A stretch of 54,653 nucleotides of DNA from Octopus sinensis. Lineage: Eukaryota. Location: the NCBI RefSeq assembly GCF_006345805.1, contig NW_021833838.1, positions 1 to 54,653 on the forward strand, written 5' to 3'. The notes below the pieces were generated by a model, which saw only the letters and a list, made by a program, of their open reading frames with translations, was not told where the DNA came from and did no database searches. Positions 12,280-23,270 of this stretch are shown here, in pieces. A program made the position numbers and the translations under genes. The first letter of the stretch is position 1. Every line of letters begins with the position of its first letter.

Positions 12280-12810
12280 ATACAGTTCTAATTTTAAGAG
12301 ATGAGGGATTATGACATTATTTACATTTGACGGATATTTGTCCTCATATTGTAAGCACATTTCGGCTGATATACCCTCCAGTCTTTGGGAAATTTCGAAC
12401 CTGGGTTCTCATTCCTAAGGTATTTCTCGATGTTATTATTATTATTATTTAGGTCCCTGCTTGGAATCGAACTCGGAATCGGTAGCCCGCGTTCTTAACC
12501 AGTACGCCATATGCCGGTGGGCAATTACGGAGTGAATTTTCGGGTTTATAAATCTAATATTTTCCTGTCCTTCCTTAATACCGGTTCTCATATGCTATTC
12601 ATTTCTGCACTCGGTCTGCTTAGGGGGTTGTTGTGTCTTAGCATTTGTGCTGCTTGCTTTTAGTTTTCATATTTTCCAGTGGTGTTCTCTGTCTATCATT
12701 TTAAATTCATCACACAGGGGGAGATGGTCTCTATTTTTCCATGCATGATCAGCTATATCCGATTTAACAATATCTCCTCGTGTCACAGCTTTGCGATGCT
12801 CTACTATAGC
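12280..12810 (-). mobile_element. Penelope-like element 3' remnant (GIY-YIG C-terminus plus 3' region)
   Basis: Minus strand reads EHRKAVTRGDIVKSDIADHAWKNRDHLPLCDEFKMIDREHHWKI, then after a frameshift AAQMLRHNNPLSRPSAEMNSI*EPVLRK, like Penelope endonuclease C-termini; stops and frameshifts present. Confidence 0.8.
12451..12515 (-). promoter_or_regulatory. tRNA-like module with Pol III A/B boxes inside the Penelope 3' region
   Basis: Reverse complement: ggcataTGGCGTACTGGttaagaacgcgggctaccgattccGAGTTCGATTCCaagcagggacct; anticodon arm looks partly deleted, so not a functional tRNA. Confidence 0.6.
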
Positions 12811-12964
12811 TCGGGTCGACCAAGGTCTTGTGAGTGGATTTGGTAGACGAAAACTCAAAGAAACCCGTCGTATATGTGTGCGTGTGTGTGTGTGTATGTG
12901 TGTGTATAGATTGATAGATATATTAGCGTGATTATAATATATATATATATATATGTGCGTGTGT

Positions 12965-13013
<49 letters not shown>

Positions 13014-13470
13014 AGGTGGCGAGCTGGCAGAAACGTTAGCACGCCGGGCGAAATGCTTAGCAGTATTTCGGCTGCCGTTACGTTGTGAGTTCAAATTCCG
13101 CCGAGGTCGACTTTGCCTTTCATCCTTTCGGGGTCGATAAATTAAGTACCAGTTGCGTGCTGGGGTCGATCTAATCGACCGGTTCCCTTCCCCAAAAATT
13201 TCAGGCTTTGTGCCTAGAATAGAAAAGATTATATATGTATGTATGCATGTGTGTGTGTATGTATGCGTGTCTATCTGTCAGTGTTTGTCCTCCCACTACC
13301 GCTTGACAACAGGTGTTCGTTTGTTTATGTCCCCGTAACTTAGTGGTTCGGCAAAAGAAACCAGGCTTAAAATATAAGCAGTGGGGTCGATTCATTCGAA
13401 TAAAAATACTTAAAGGCAATGCCCCAGCATAGCCACAATCTAATGACTGAAATATGCAAAAGATAAAAGA
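12801..13470 (+). mobile_element. Family A SINE (5'-truncated) split by microsatellite and a family B insertion
   Basis: ctactatagc...gagtggatttggtagacg at 12801-12870; 3' half gcttgacaacaggtg...aaagataaaagat at about 13275-13470. Confidence 0.8.
13013..13228 (+). mobile_element. Family B SINE with alternative tail (ccccaaaaatttcaggctttgtgcctagaatagaaaaga)
   Basis: Head nearly identical to 51506 and 52217; different 3' end. Confidence 0.92.
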
Positions 13471-14123
13471 TATATGTATATGAGTGCGTGTGTATGTGTG
13501 TGTGCGTGCGGTGTACTTTTACGAATCAATGTACATATGAATAGATTCATGTATATGTGTATATGTGTAGGTGTACGTGTGTGTACATGTGTATTTGTGT
13601 GTAGCTAGAAACGTATGAATATGTATTAGATGAAGCAGAACAAGTATTCATTCGACGTGTTTTGCTCCCAGATGTTTTACCGTCATCACGACCAATTATC
13701 AATCCTCGAAGACAGTCTTGCAATGCAACAAAGATATAAGTTCACCGCGGAAACTGCTCCGAGCATGTTCGATAGCCGATTCTTTGACACTAGCATCGAT
13801 AAACCCGCAAGAACTATCCACGAATCTAAAGTTTTTGACCATTTCATTCGCTGCCAATCTTATTACAGTCTGGCTTTATGTAGTCACGAAATTCTCAAGA
13901 ATTCGGTACCATTCCCTTTCTTGGATATCAGAAAGAAGTAACGGAATCTGCGTTTACTCAAATTTCTTCTTAATCTCTTCATCCCATCCCCGAAGATATA
14001 GAGATTTTTCCTTGAAGAAATGTTTGCAGACTATCATAGTTTGGGTGGCACTAATCCAATTTCACTTCGTCCGTATTCACATTCATGGAGAGACACATCT
14101 GCTCACACGTCTACACATACATC

Positions 14124-14178
<55 letters not shown>

Positions 14179-14379
14179 ACATACACTCTCTCTCTCTCTC
14201 TCTCTCACTCACACACACACACATATACACAAATACATACATACATGCACATCTTCATATTTTCGCATGGACAAACACGCATCGGAGCTTCCATTGGACT
14301 GATCTTCCAAACTATTATGAGACCGTTTGCAGTTTATGGCAGTGATGTTGATGGTGGTATGGAGGACGGTGGAACTCTT

Positions 14380-14465
14380 GGTCGTGCTGATGATGATCAT
14401 GATAATGAAGACGATGACGCCGACGACGATGACGACGATGACGACGAGGATGGTAGTGGTGGTGA

Positions 14466-14499
<34 letters not shown>

Positions 14500-14507
14500 G
14501 GTGGTGG

Positions 14508-14539
<32 letters not shown>

Positions 14540-14586
14540 ATGGTGGTGATGGTGGTGGTGGTGGTGGTGAGGATGAGGATGATGAC
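14380..14586. repeat. (GAT)n/(GGT)n trinucleotide microsatellite
   Basis: Direct reading; gives the D/G-rich and M/V-rich ORFs. Confidence 0.93.
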
Positions 14587-14843
14587 AGTGAAATGGGATT
14601 TACGTTTTGCGTAAACCATTAACGTTTTCCTCCGTCATGGTCGCTTTACTGCGATGGTCTTTTTAAATAAATTAACCAGAATTGAGATTATAACAGCAAA
14701 CGACTCCAATTCCGAACACCTTCTTGCTTCAACTGTAATTATATACACTGAGGCGGGGTCTGTATTGGATTGTGTGAGTGTGTGAGTGTATATAAGAATA
14801 CACATATATACACTCACACACATATGCATCTGTATTATACCCG

Positions 14844-15055
14844 TCTTTTATCTTTTACTCTTTTCAGTCAGTAGACTGCGGGAATGCGGGGGGCACCGCC
14901 TTGAACAATGTTTTAGTCGAAAGGATCAACCAAACTACTTATTTTCTTTTTCAGCATGGTATGTATTCTCCTGGTCTCTTTTGCCGAACCGCTAAGTTAT
15001 GTAAACACACCAGCAGCGGTTGTCAATCGGTGGTGAAGGACAAGCACAGACACAA
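14844..15055 (-). mobile_element. Family A SINE, 3' half (diverged)
   Basis: ttttgccgaaccgctaagtta...gttgtcaatcggtg matches the reverse complement of the family A 3' block. Confidence 0.8.
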
Positions 15056-15164
15056 AGATACACACACACATATATACATGCATACATACATACATACATA
15101 CATACATAAATAAATACACACATACATATATACATACATACATACACACACACACACATATACA

Positions 15165-15277
15165 AATCACGTGATCACGTGACAGACCAGGCTATCATAT
15201 GTTGTTATACATCGCCGGTCGCAATCCGTTTTTTTTTTTTGCATTGTTTTAGCCTTCAAATGACGTCATCCCGCTCG
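15165..15277. mobile_element. Fragment of a further interspersed repeat (related copy at about 11461-11540)
   Basis: tcacgtgatcacgtgacagaccagg...catcgccggtcgcaat resembles cactttgatcactttgaccgaccagt...caccgctggtcacagc. Confidence 0.55.
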
Positions 15278-15406
15278 CAATCTCCTGCGACTCTTCTGGA
15301 CGGTCTCTTTGTTTAAGTTGGTCAATGCTGCCATAATCCTTGCCTTCAGTTCAACTGCGCCCCACATAGCAATAATCAATGGGTTTGCAGTCTTGGGAGT
15401 TGTGTT
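15278..15406 (-). mobile_element. maT/DD37D-type Tc1-mariner transposase C-terminal fragment
   Basis: Minus strand reads ANPLIIAMWGAVE-LKARIMAALTNLNKETVQKSRRRL (deletion between the two parts), matching the CNPxDYYVWGAVE...LKARI...NLNKETV pattern; same superfamily as 47575-48776. Confidence 0.7.
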
Positions 15407-15553
15407 TATATACGTATATATATCGGACTGCTAAGCCATCATCGGACTGTCCGATGATGGTTTAGCAAACCGAAACTTCGAAGTTACTGTCAATATCATT
15501 CTTGTTAAAGAATTATGCATACATAGACATGTATGCATACGCACACACACGCG

Positions 15554-15596
<43 letters not shown>

Positions 15597-15773
15597 ACAC
15601 ACAAACAAACACACGCACACAACTTTGTGTTTTGCTTAGAAGCAATACACGGTACCAGAATTTTCGACTCGAGTTAAATACGACGAAGTTCTCCCAATCC
15701 TCGTTTGGCAATTTCAAAAATTTGAAACCATTGTTATTATTATTTTTTTTTTAATCGGCGAGCTGACAGAATG

Positions 15774-15925
15774 GTTAGCAACGCCGGGTGAAATGCTTGG
15801 CTGTATTTCATCCGTGTTTACGTTCAAATTCCGCTGAGGTTGACTTTACTTTTTATCCTTTCGGAGTCGACAAATTAAGCATCTCTCCTCGTATATTTCA
15901 AGCCTTGTGCCTCTTGCAGAAGGGA
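15774..15925 (+). mobile_element. Family B SINE (diverged, internal deletions)
   Basis: ggcgagctgacagaatggttagc...ttcaaattccgctgaggttgacttt. Confidence 0.8.
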
Positions 15926-16200
15926 TTACTATTATTATTATTATTATTCAAAAACTCTTACATGCTAATTTAATTAGCAAGTGTATTATCTTGAAGTTTG
16001 TTGACATCAATCAAGCCTGTGCCAATCACAAGAATCTTTCTGATGTTTCCTGTTGAATACAGGATTGTACTTCTCTACAGGACGACAATACGAACCTTGA
16101 TTCCAGTACCTTCCAGCCTCTTAGATAGCAGTTTGGGTGTGATGCCAAATGAACCAACTACCTCGGGAACAATTTTCTTCCTTATCGAGAGGTCATCTTT
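15925..16200 (-). mobile_element. R4/Dong-type non-LTR retrotransposon 3' end with (TAA)n tail
   Basis: Minus strand KIVPEVVGSFGITPKLLSKRLEGTGIKVRIVVL*RSTILYSTGNIRKILV resembles the RLE-LINE C-terminus; ends in a TAA repeat. Confidence 0.7.
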
Positions 16201-17045
16201 ACATTCTTTACATTCTACAATATTTTCATCTCCCTCTCTCTCTCCTTCTCTCTTCTCTCAGTCTTTTCATTTTCCTTGATATTCACTCTGCGATCATCCA
16301 AGACAATGGAATGAATATTAATCGGGTACCGTTACTGAATCGATAGTTTCACTGTAGATTTACTTCCGTCACTTTACGTTCTGAATTTAAATCTTCCCGA
16401 ACTGGGTGTCGTCTTTTCTTTCATTTGCTACCTTCTGGAATGTGATTTAAATAACTGCGGCTAACAGCGAAGAACTCAAATTTGGAAATAAATCAAATTC
16501 TTCTGGCCACCCGCTCTTCTTTCTACCCCAACCACGTTTCTGTGCCTGTATTAGAAATCAATATTTAGATTACAGAGAATTAACAAAAGAACTTGTGAAA
16601 AACGATGGCTTAGTTCTTACTATCAGTGGAATATTAAAATTGTCAGATGTCTTTGTGAATATTTAGTTGCTATGACGAAACTAGTGAAGTTATCTAAAAA
16701 GTTATCTTTGATTGACATGATAAACAAGTTAATAGTTGATTAAATATATCAAAGATATTAAATATTAATGTTTAATTAAAACAATAATTAACAGTCTTCT
16801 ACGTTTTCTTGTCATTTTTACATTTTACACTTTAATCGTTATTCCTTGGTATGTGCCTATGCATATGTCCTTGTTTAAATATGTATGTATGTATGTATGT
16901 ATGTATGTGTGTGTGTATGTATGTATGTATGTGTGTATGTATGTATGTATGTATGCATATATGTATGTATATGTCTGTATGTATATGTATGCATGTATGT
17001 ATTTATAAATGTATCTAAGTGTGTATGTATTTCTATATATTTATG

Positions 17046-17082
<37 letters not shown>

Positions 17083-17297
17083 CTATGTATGAATATATGT
17101 ACGTATGAATGTATTTATGTATTATGTATGTATATGTTAAACTATCGATCTTTTACACCCGACACCGTTGAATTGGAAGAGCGGTCAGCCCCATCATGTA
17201 AACTTCTCTCATCAAGTAACATGCTAGTAGTTGGTTATGTCATCCGTCTTGATTTTAAACATCGAAAACAATTATTTAATTTGCAGATAAGTTAAAA

Positions 17298-17841
17298 TAT
17301 TGGGTTGTCCGGAAAGTTCGTGCTGATTTATAGTAGCTTACCTTTCGACTTATTTTAGAACATCGTTGAGTCCATAAAATAGGATTTGACTATACCTCCA
17401 TTTAGAGCACCGTTTAAGCTATCTTTTCGTGGAAGAAGGTTTATGTTCCTATAACCTGTGTTAATTCTGTAACCCTTTAAATTGGAAGATAAGAAAGTTC
17501 ATTTTCGGCACTTGATGCTTTGAGAACCAGACAAAAATTGCTGCAGCTCGGCTGGGATGTGTTACCCCAGCCTCCATATTCACTTATCCAGGTCTCTGCA
17601 GAATAGTTTTAATGATAAAAATTTCAATTCCTTGGATGACGTAAAAAGATACCTTGATGAATTCTTTGCCATGAAGCCACCTCAATTCTGGGAAGAGGGT
17701 ATTTTCAAGTTAAAGGAAAGATGGAGACGCATTGTGCTACAAAATGGTTCATATTTGGTTGATTATAAATGTAATGGCAAGTATTTATTGACCTTTTTCT
17801 TACCTTTAAAAATCGGCACGAACTTTCCGGACAACCCAATA
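17298..17841 (+). mobile_element. Mariner internal-deletion derivative with 30-bp TIRs and TA TSD
   Basis: TIRs ttgggttgtccggaaagttcgtg(c/t)gattt at 17300-17329 and 17810-17839 (29/30); internal HLSRSLQNSFNDKNFNSLDDVKRYLDEFFAMKPPQFWEEGIFKLKERWRRIVLQNGSY matches the mariner transposase C-terminus. Confidence 0.95.
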
Positions 17842-17897
17842 TTTGTGCGGTGGATTTCCTCTACAGACTAGTCAAGAATCTCAAATGTTGGTATGAT

Positions 17898-18430
17898 GCA
17901 GGTATGGCAATGTGGTTTTGCAACCAAATGGTTTGATTTCAGTCCCTCTGCTCAGCACTTTGGGCAAGTGTTCTCTTAATACAATTACAGGTCGATCAAT
18001 GCTTTGTAAATGAATCGGTAGACAGAAACTGTGCGGAAGCTCGTCGTATATGCATACACGTCTGCGTGAGAGCATTTTTGTGCCCATGTTTGTATTTGTT
18101 TCTGGTAGAGTTTGACAATCGGTATTGGTTTGATTACGTCCCTGTAACTTAGTGGTTCATCAAAGTGAAAGAGGGAAAGAAAGAAAGAGAAAGAGAGAGA
18201 GAAAGAGAGAGAAGAGAGAGAGAGAAAGAAAGAGAGAGAAGAGCAAGAGAGAGAGAGAAAGAAAGAGAGAGAAGAGAGAGAAAGAAAGAGAGAGAAGAGA
18301 GAGAGAGAGACAGAGAGAGAAAGCACCAGAGTTACAAAAAAGTACTGGGGTCGATATGTTCGGCTAAATCCTGCAATGTTGTGCCCCAGCATAGCCGCAG
18401 TCCACTGAATAATGCAAGTAAAAGCTAAAA
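17898..18430 (+). mobile_element. Old family A SINE with internal (AG)n expansion
   Basis: gggcaagtgttctc...ggtagacagaaactg...gtccctgtaacttagtggttc...gccccagcatagccgcagtc. Confidence 0.75.
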
Positions 18431-18459
18431 GATTTTTAAAAATCAGTACTGGTTCAGCA

Positions 18460-18785
18460 AATACTTGTAGGATATCGTCTTCTAAGAAATCTCTGGCTTC
18501 CATATTTTTAAAGTATGGTCCAATATCTTTTCGTCATTCTGTTCCCATCATCTGTGTATGATATTTTCATCAATGTCAAGGTATTTGCAATACTCAGAGT
18601 GTGGAACAGGGGAGACAGAAAGATCATTGATGTAAAGGATTTGTGGTTTGGGAAAACAGTTTTTTCTGCATTCAGCTGTCAAATATGAACATTTCTTTTG
18701 GCCAAATTCCATCCCTGTAGCAGCAGAAAATGCTGTTACTAAATCCAGCTGTTTCTCACCAATGTAAAAGTTTCTTGAAAAGATT
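18460..18785 (-). mobile_element. R4/Dong-type reverse transcriptase fragment (RT C-terminal motifs)
   Basis: Minus strand QLDLVTAFSAATGMEFGQKKCSYL...INDLSVSPVPHSEYCKYLDIDENI...KIWKPEIS matches the FS.DIGM.FG..KC...YKYLG pattern; contains stops. Confidence 0.8.
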
Positions 18786-19109
18786 TTTATGTATGTATGT
18801 ATGTATGTATGTATGTATGTATGTATGTATGTATGTATGTATGTATGTATGTATGAATGTATGTGTGTGTGTGTATATATGCATGTATGTATGTATGTAT
18901 GTATGTATGTATGTATATACGTACATATATCACTTCACACTATTCTACTCCAGCACACATCAAGCCACACAACCCACCAGCCGCCCCATTTCTCCTCAAA
19001 TCCCACACCATACCATACCACCCAAACCACCATATAATTCCGCACTATACCACGCAAAAAAACACACACACACACCAAACAAAATGAAATACTACTCCTA
19101 CATCAAGAA

Positions 19110-19110
19110 C

Positions 19111-19146
<36 letters not shown>

Positions 19147-19153
19147 ACTACTA

Positions 19154-19226
<73 letters not shown>

Positions 19227-19230
19227 CACC

Positions 19231-19282
<52 letters not shown>

Positions 19283-19295
19283 ACTACTACTACTA
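19110..19295. repeat. (ACT)n/(GCT)n/(ACC)n compound microsatellite
   Basis: Direct reading. Confidence 0.95.
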
Positions 19296-19604
19296 CTGCA
19301 CAGACGTATAAGACGCCATCCAAATAAAACGAACGGACTAAAAAAATAGAGTACCACGCTCCAAAACTCCGAAATCCATCTCCCAAACTCTGCTTGCTCA
19401 CTCTAATTTTCTACTGCTACTACTACTGTGTTTGGTCCCCAGATTCATTTAACTATACATCTTCTCCATGCCAGTCCACCTAGAAGATTCACGTGTCTTT
19501 ACCTTGTCCCCCGCCATTCGAAACTTCGCAATAAACATCAACCACGATATCTGAAGGTTCTGTGAATGTTATGACTATTGCTTCCTTTTGTTGTTTTTTT
19601 TTGC

Positions 19605-19860
19605 ACAATGGCTCTTATGAAGATCTTCTCGTGGCTATGAAGATGAGAAATCTGATATGATATGGCCATATAAGAAGTTCCAAACCATTCTTCAAGTAAC
19701 CGTGGATGGTAAACAAAGAAAGGTGACAGAGGAAAATATGGACAAATAACTGCAATGAATGGGCAGATAAATCGTTAAAACGGATCCGATCTCCGGCAAA
19801 CAACCACGACTGATGGAAAAAAAATACTTGCGTACCATTTATTGCGACAGCACCATAACT
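19605..19860 (+). mobile_element. RTE-clade LINE 3' fragment
   Basis: GSYEDLLVAMKMRNLI*YGHIRSS / TILQVTVDGKQRK / QRKIWTNNCNEWA, across frameshifts, matches the RTE pattern EDLL..VK.RKL.WYGHV...KTILQGTV.G.R.RGRQ.K.W.DN..EW. Confidence 0.72.
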
Positions 19861-20111
19861 TGAGTAGAAATTGGAAGTTCAGCACAAAACAATATCTCGC
19901 TGCAGACCTCAACACTATGCACTATCACATTGAGACAATCGTACTAATTTATTACTTGGAGGGACACCGTATTTTGTTATGCAACTATAATCTATTACAA
20001 AGTGTATTAAAAGCTCTATAAGTCAATACTGCGTTCTATTGTGTTAGCAGTGCTATTAAACCACATGTTAAGGTTATCTCTACATACTTTCAATTAGAAA
20101 TTATAGATATG

Positions 20112-20150
20112 ATACTGAAGAAGGGGCAAAAAGTCCTGAAATATGTATAT
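20112..20150 (+). ncRNA. Minimal type I hammerhead-like motif with intact CUGAAGA and GAAA
   Basis: AUA(20112-14) CUGAAGA A GGGGC-AAAAA-GUCCU GAAAU AU GUA UAU: stem II 5 bp with two G-U pairs, 3-bp stem I, candidate cleavage triplet GUA 20145-47. Confidence 0.5.
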
Positions 20151-20739
20151 ACACCCATTACTTATTCTTCCATCTTTGATCGCATTGTTGTTTACATTAG
20201 ACTATTTGGATACGAAATGACATAACAAATCAATGCTGGCTAAAATTTCTATAGCCAAATCTGTAGAGTTAAACATGTAACCTCACTAATAACTATCAGT
20301 CTAAAGCACCACATCACCACACACTTACTACACTATACTCACCACAGTTCACACTACCACTCTACAGACCACCACTGCCAACAACAACACTACTATCACC
20401 ACCATTATCCACACCACCTCCACCTTTATCACAAGTACCACCACCACCAGCAAAACCACCACCACCAACAACAACAACACCAAAACCAACACCATTGCTG
20501 CTACCGCTACGAAACACATTCTCAATTTATTAAATTTGACTTCAATATAATTTTTAAAAAGTCCTCCTTTGTCTGAGTATGTGTGGTTATGTAAGTAGTC
20601 AATTCTGTTAATCTTCATCCAGACCGACGGAATTTCATTCTCTTCTCTTTTATTTTGAACGTTCATTTATATTTAAATATATGTATACATATATATGTAT
20701 ATATGTATGTGTATGTATGTATGTATGTATGTTTGTATG

Positions 20740-20806
<67 letters not shown>

Positions 20807-21123
20807 GTATATATGTATATACATATATATATACATACTCACACAGACATGCATACATTCATACATACAAACACATATATATATATACATGTATATATAC
20901 GTATATATACGAATACACTCACACACAATACATACTATCAACACACGGAAGTACACTTATCTATATACACTTTTCTATATACACGCATATACATATATGG
21001 ACGTGCATATGCGTATATAAATACAGGCATTCACAAATATATTCATAAATATATAAACACATGCGTTTATACAGACATAAAAGCATACACACATCAATAA
21101 ATATAATCATATTTATAATTAGT

Positions 21124-21414
21124 GGAGATGCAATGGCCCAGTGGTAAGGTCAGCGGACTTGTGGTCGGAGGATCGCGATTTCGATTCCCAGATCGGGCGT
21201 TGTGTGTGTTTATTGAGCGAAAACATCTAAAAGCTCCACGAGGCTCCGGCAGTGGGTGCTGGCGACCCCTGTTGTACTATTTCGCCACAACTTTCTGTTT
21301 TTTGAGTAACGCTGCGATGGACTGGCGTCCTGTCCAGCTGGGGGTAGCACATACGCCGGGAAACCGGGCCCATGATCCTGGCTAGGTTTGAAAAGACCGA
21401 CGTTTTTTTTTTTA
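21124..21414 (+). mobile_element. tRNA-derived SINE, family D, with 11-bp TSD
   Basis: A box tggcccagtgg, B-box-like tttcgattccc; TSD atatttataat at 21109-21119 and 21415-21425; homologous to 51033 and 53118. Confidence 0.92.
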
Positions 21415-21899
21415 ATATTTATAATCATGCGAGAATGTATTTTTATTAATTATCTTAATTTATTTTTCTTGTTTTATTCAATATTGTAGCAGACTACTTA
21501 AAGTTCAGATTTACCCGTGAATTCCTTGTTTGCTGATATCAACAATAAGAACTTAAAAGCGCTCGCTGTTGGGGGGTGGCAGAAATATAAATCAGAGAAT
21601 AGAATAAAAGGAATAATCATAACAATATGCAAAGAAAAAAAGAAAACAAAAAAAACATGGGAAACAAACAAGCGACGGAATAGGCTTCTGTGGTGTAATA
21701 TGATGTATTAATATCGGAAAAGGGTGAGTTAACTCAGCTGGATCCTGCGAGTTGGTACAATGGCTGTGGCGACTACATTGTCGGCGAATTATTTCAGGGG
21801 AGATCTATTTTGAAACAAGCTCAAAGATAAAGAAATTGAATGAGAACAGCAAAACAAATAAAGAACATGACGCAACTGCAGTCACACACACACACACAT

Positions 21900-22109
21900 A
21901 CGCACACATTTGTGTGTGTGTGTGTATATATATATGCATGTATATATATATGCATGTATATATATGCGTGTATATATATGTATATAATTTATACGTATGT
22001 GTATATGAATGTATATATAGATACGCACACACACACACACATATATATATAAACAAATATACATACACACTCACACACTCTCACACACACACACATATAT
22101 TTGTTTGTG

Positions 22110-22140
<31 letters not shown>

Positions 22141-22411
22141 GTATATATATGTACATGTATATTTATGTGTGTATATATATTTATATGTATATAATGTATA
22201 CGTATATGTATATACATATAGATAAAGCACACATATATATAAACATATATACATACGCACACATATATATACATATGTATATTCTAAGTATTAGAAATAT
22301 TCACGCACAAATGCACTCACAGATATATTCACACGCACATAAACATAGAGATAGAAATAATCACACGTGGACACATGCACTCTCCCGTACACAAAACATA
22401 CGTACATACAC

Positions 22412-22443
<32 letters not shown>

Positions 22444-22525
22444 AACAAATATACATACACACTCACACACTCTCACACACACACACATATATTTGTTTGT
22501 GTGTATATATATTTATATATATATG

Positions 22526-22581
<56 letters not shown>

Positions 22582-22813
22582 TATATGTATATAATGTATA
22601 CGTATATGTATATACATATAGATAAAGCACACACATATATATAAACATATATACATACGCACACATATATATACATATGTATATTCTAAGTATTAGAAAT
22701 ATTCACGCACAAATGCACTCACAGATATATTCACACGCACATAAACATAGAGATAGAAATAATCACACGTGGACACATGCACTCTCCCGTACACCAAACA
22801 TACGTACATACAC

Positions 22814-22845
<32 letters not shown>

Positions 22846-23270
22846 AACAAATATACATACACACTCACACACTCTCACACACACACACATATATTTGTTT
22901 GTGTGTATATATATTTATATATATATGTATATATATGTACATGTATATTTATGTGTGTATATATATGCATGTATATATATATGCATGTATATATATGCGT
23001 GTATATATATGTATATAATTTATACGTATGTGTATATGAATGTATATATAGATACGCACACACACACACATATATATAAACATATATACATACGCACACA
23101 TATATATACATATGTATATTCTAAGTATTAGAAATATTCACGCACAAATGCACTCACAGATATATTCACACGCACATAAACATAGAGATAGAAATAATCA
23201 CACGTGGACACATGCACTCTCCCGTACACAAAACATACGTACATACACCACACACACACACACACACATT
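21900..23270. repeat. Tandem array of a ~400-435-bp microsatellite-rich unit (about 3.5 copies)
   Basis: Near-identical block gtatattctaagtattagaaatattcacgcac...ctctcccgtacac starts at 22277, 22679 and 23114. Confidence 0.95.

Noticed and set aside
14020-14622. 200-aa ORF with acidic Gly/Asp-rich C-terminus
   Set aside because: Composed of (CA)n, (CT)n and (GAT/GGT)n tracts; no domain.
21724-21797. 74-nt intron-like segment GTGAGT...TTATTTCAG
   Set aside because: Joined flanks give no recognisable protein and run into microsatellite; such signals occur by chance.
22277-23255. Repeated block with variable spacers as a CRISPR-like array
   Set aside because: Units are about 400 bp, spacers are related microsatellite DNA, the context is eukaryotic and no cas genes are present.
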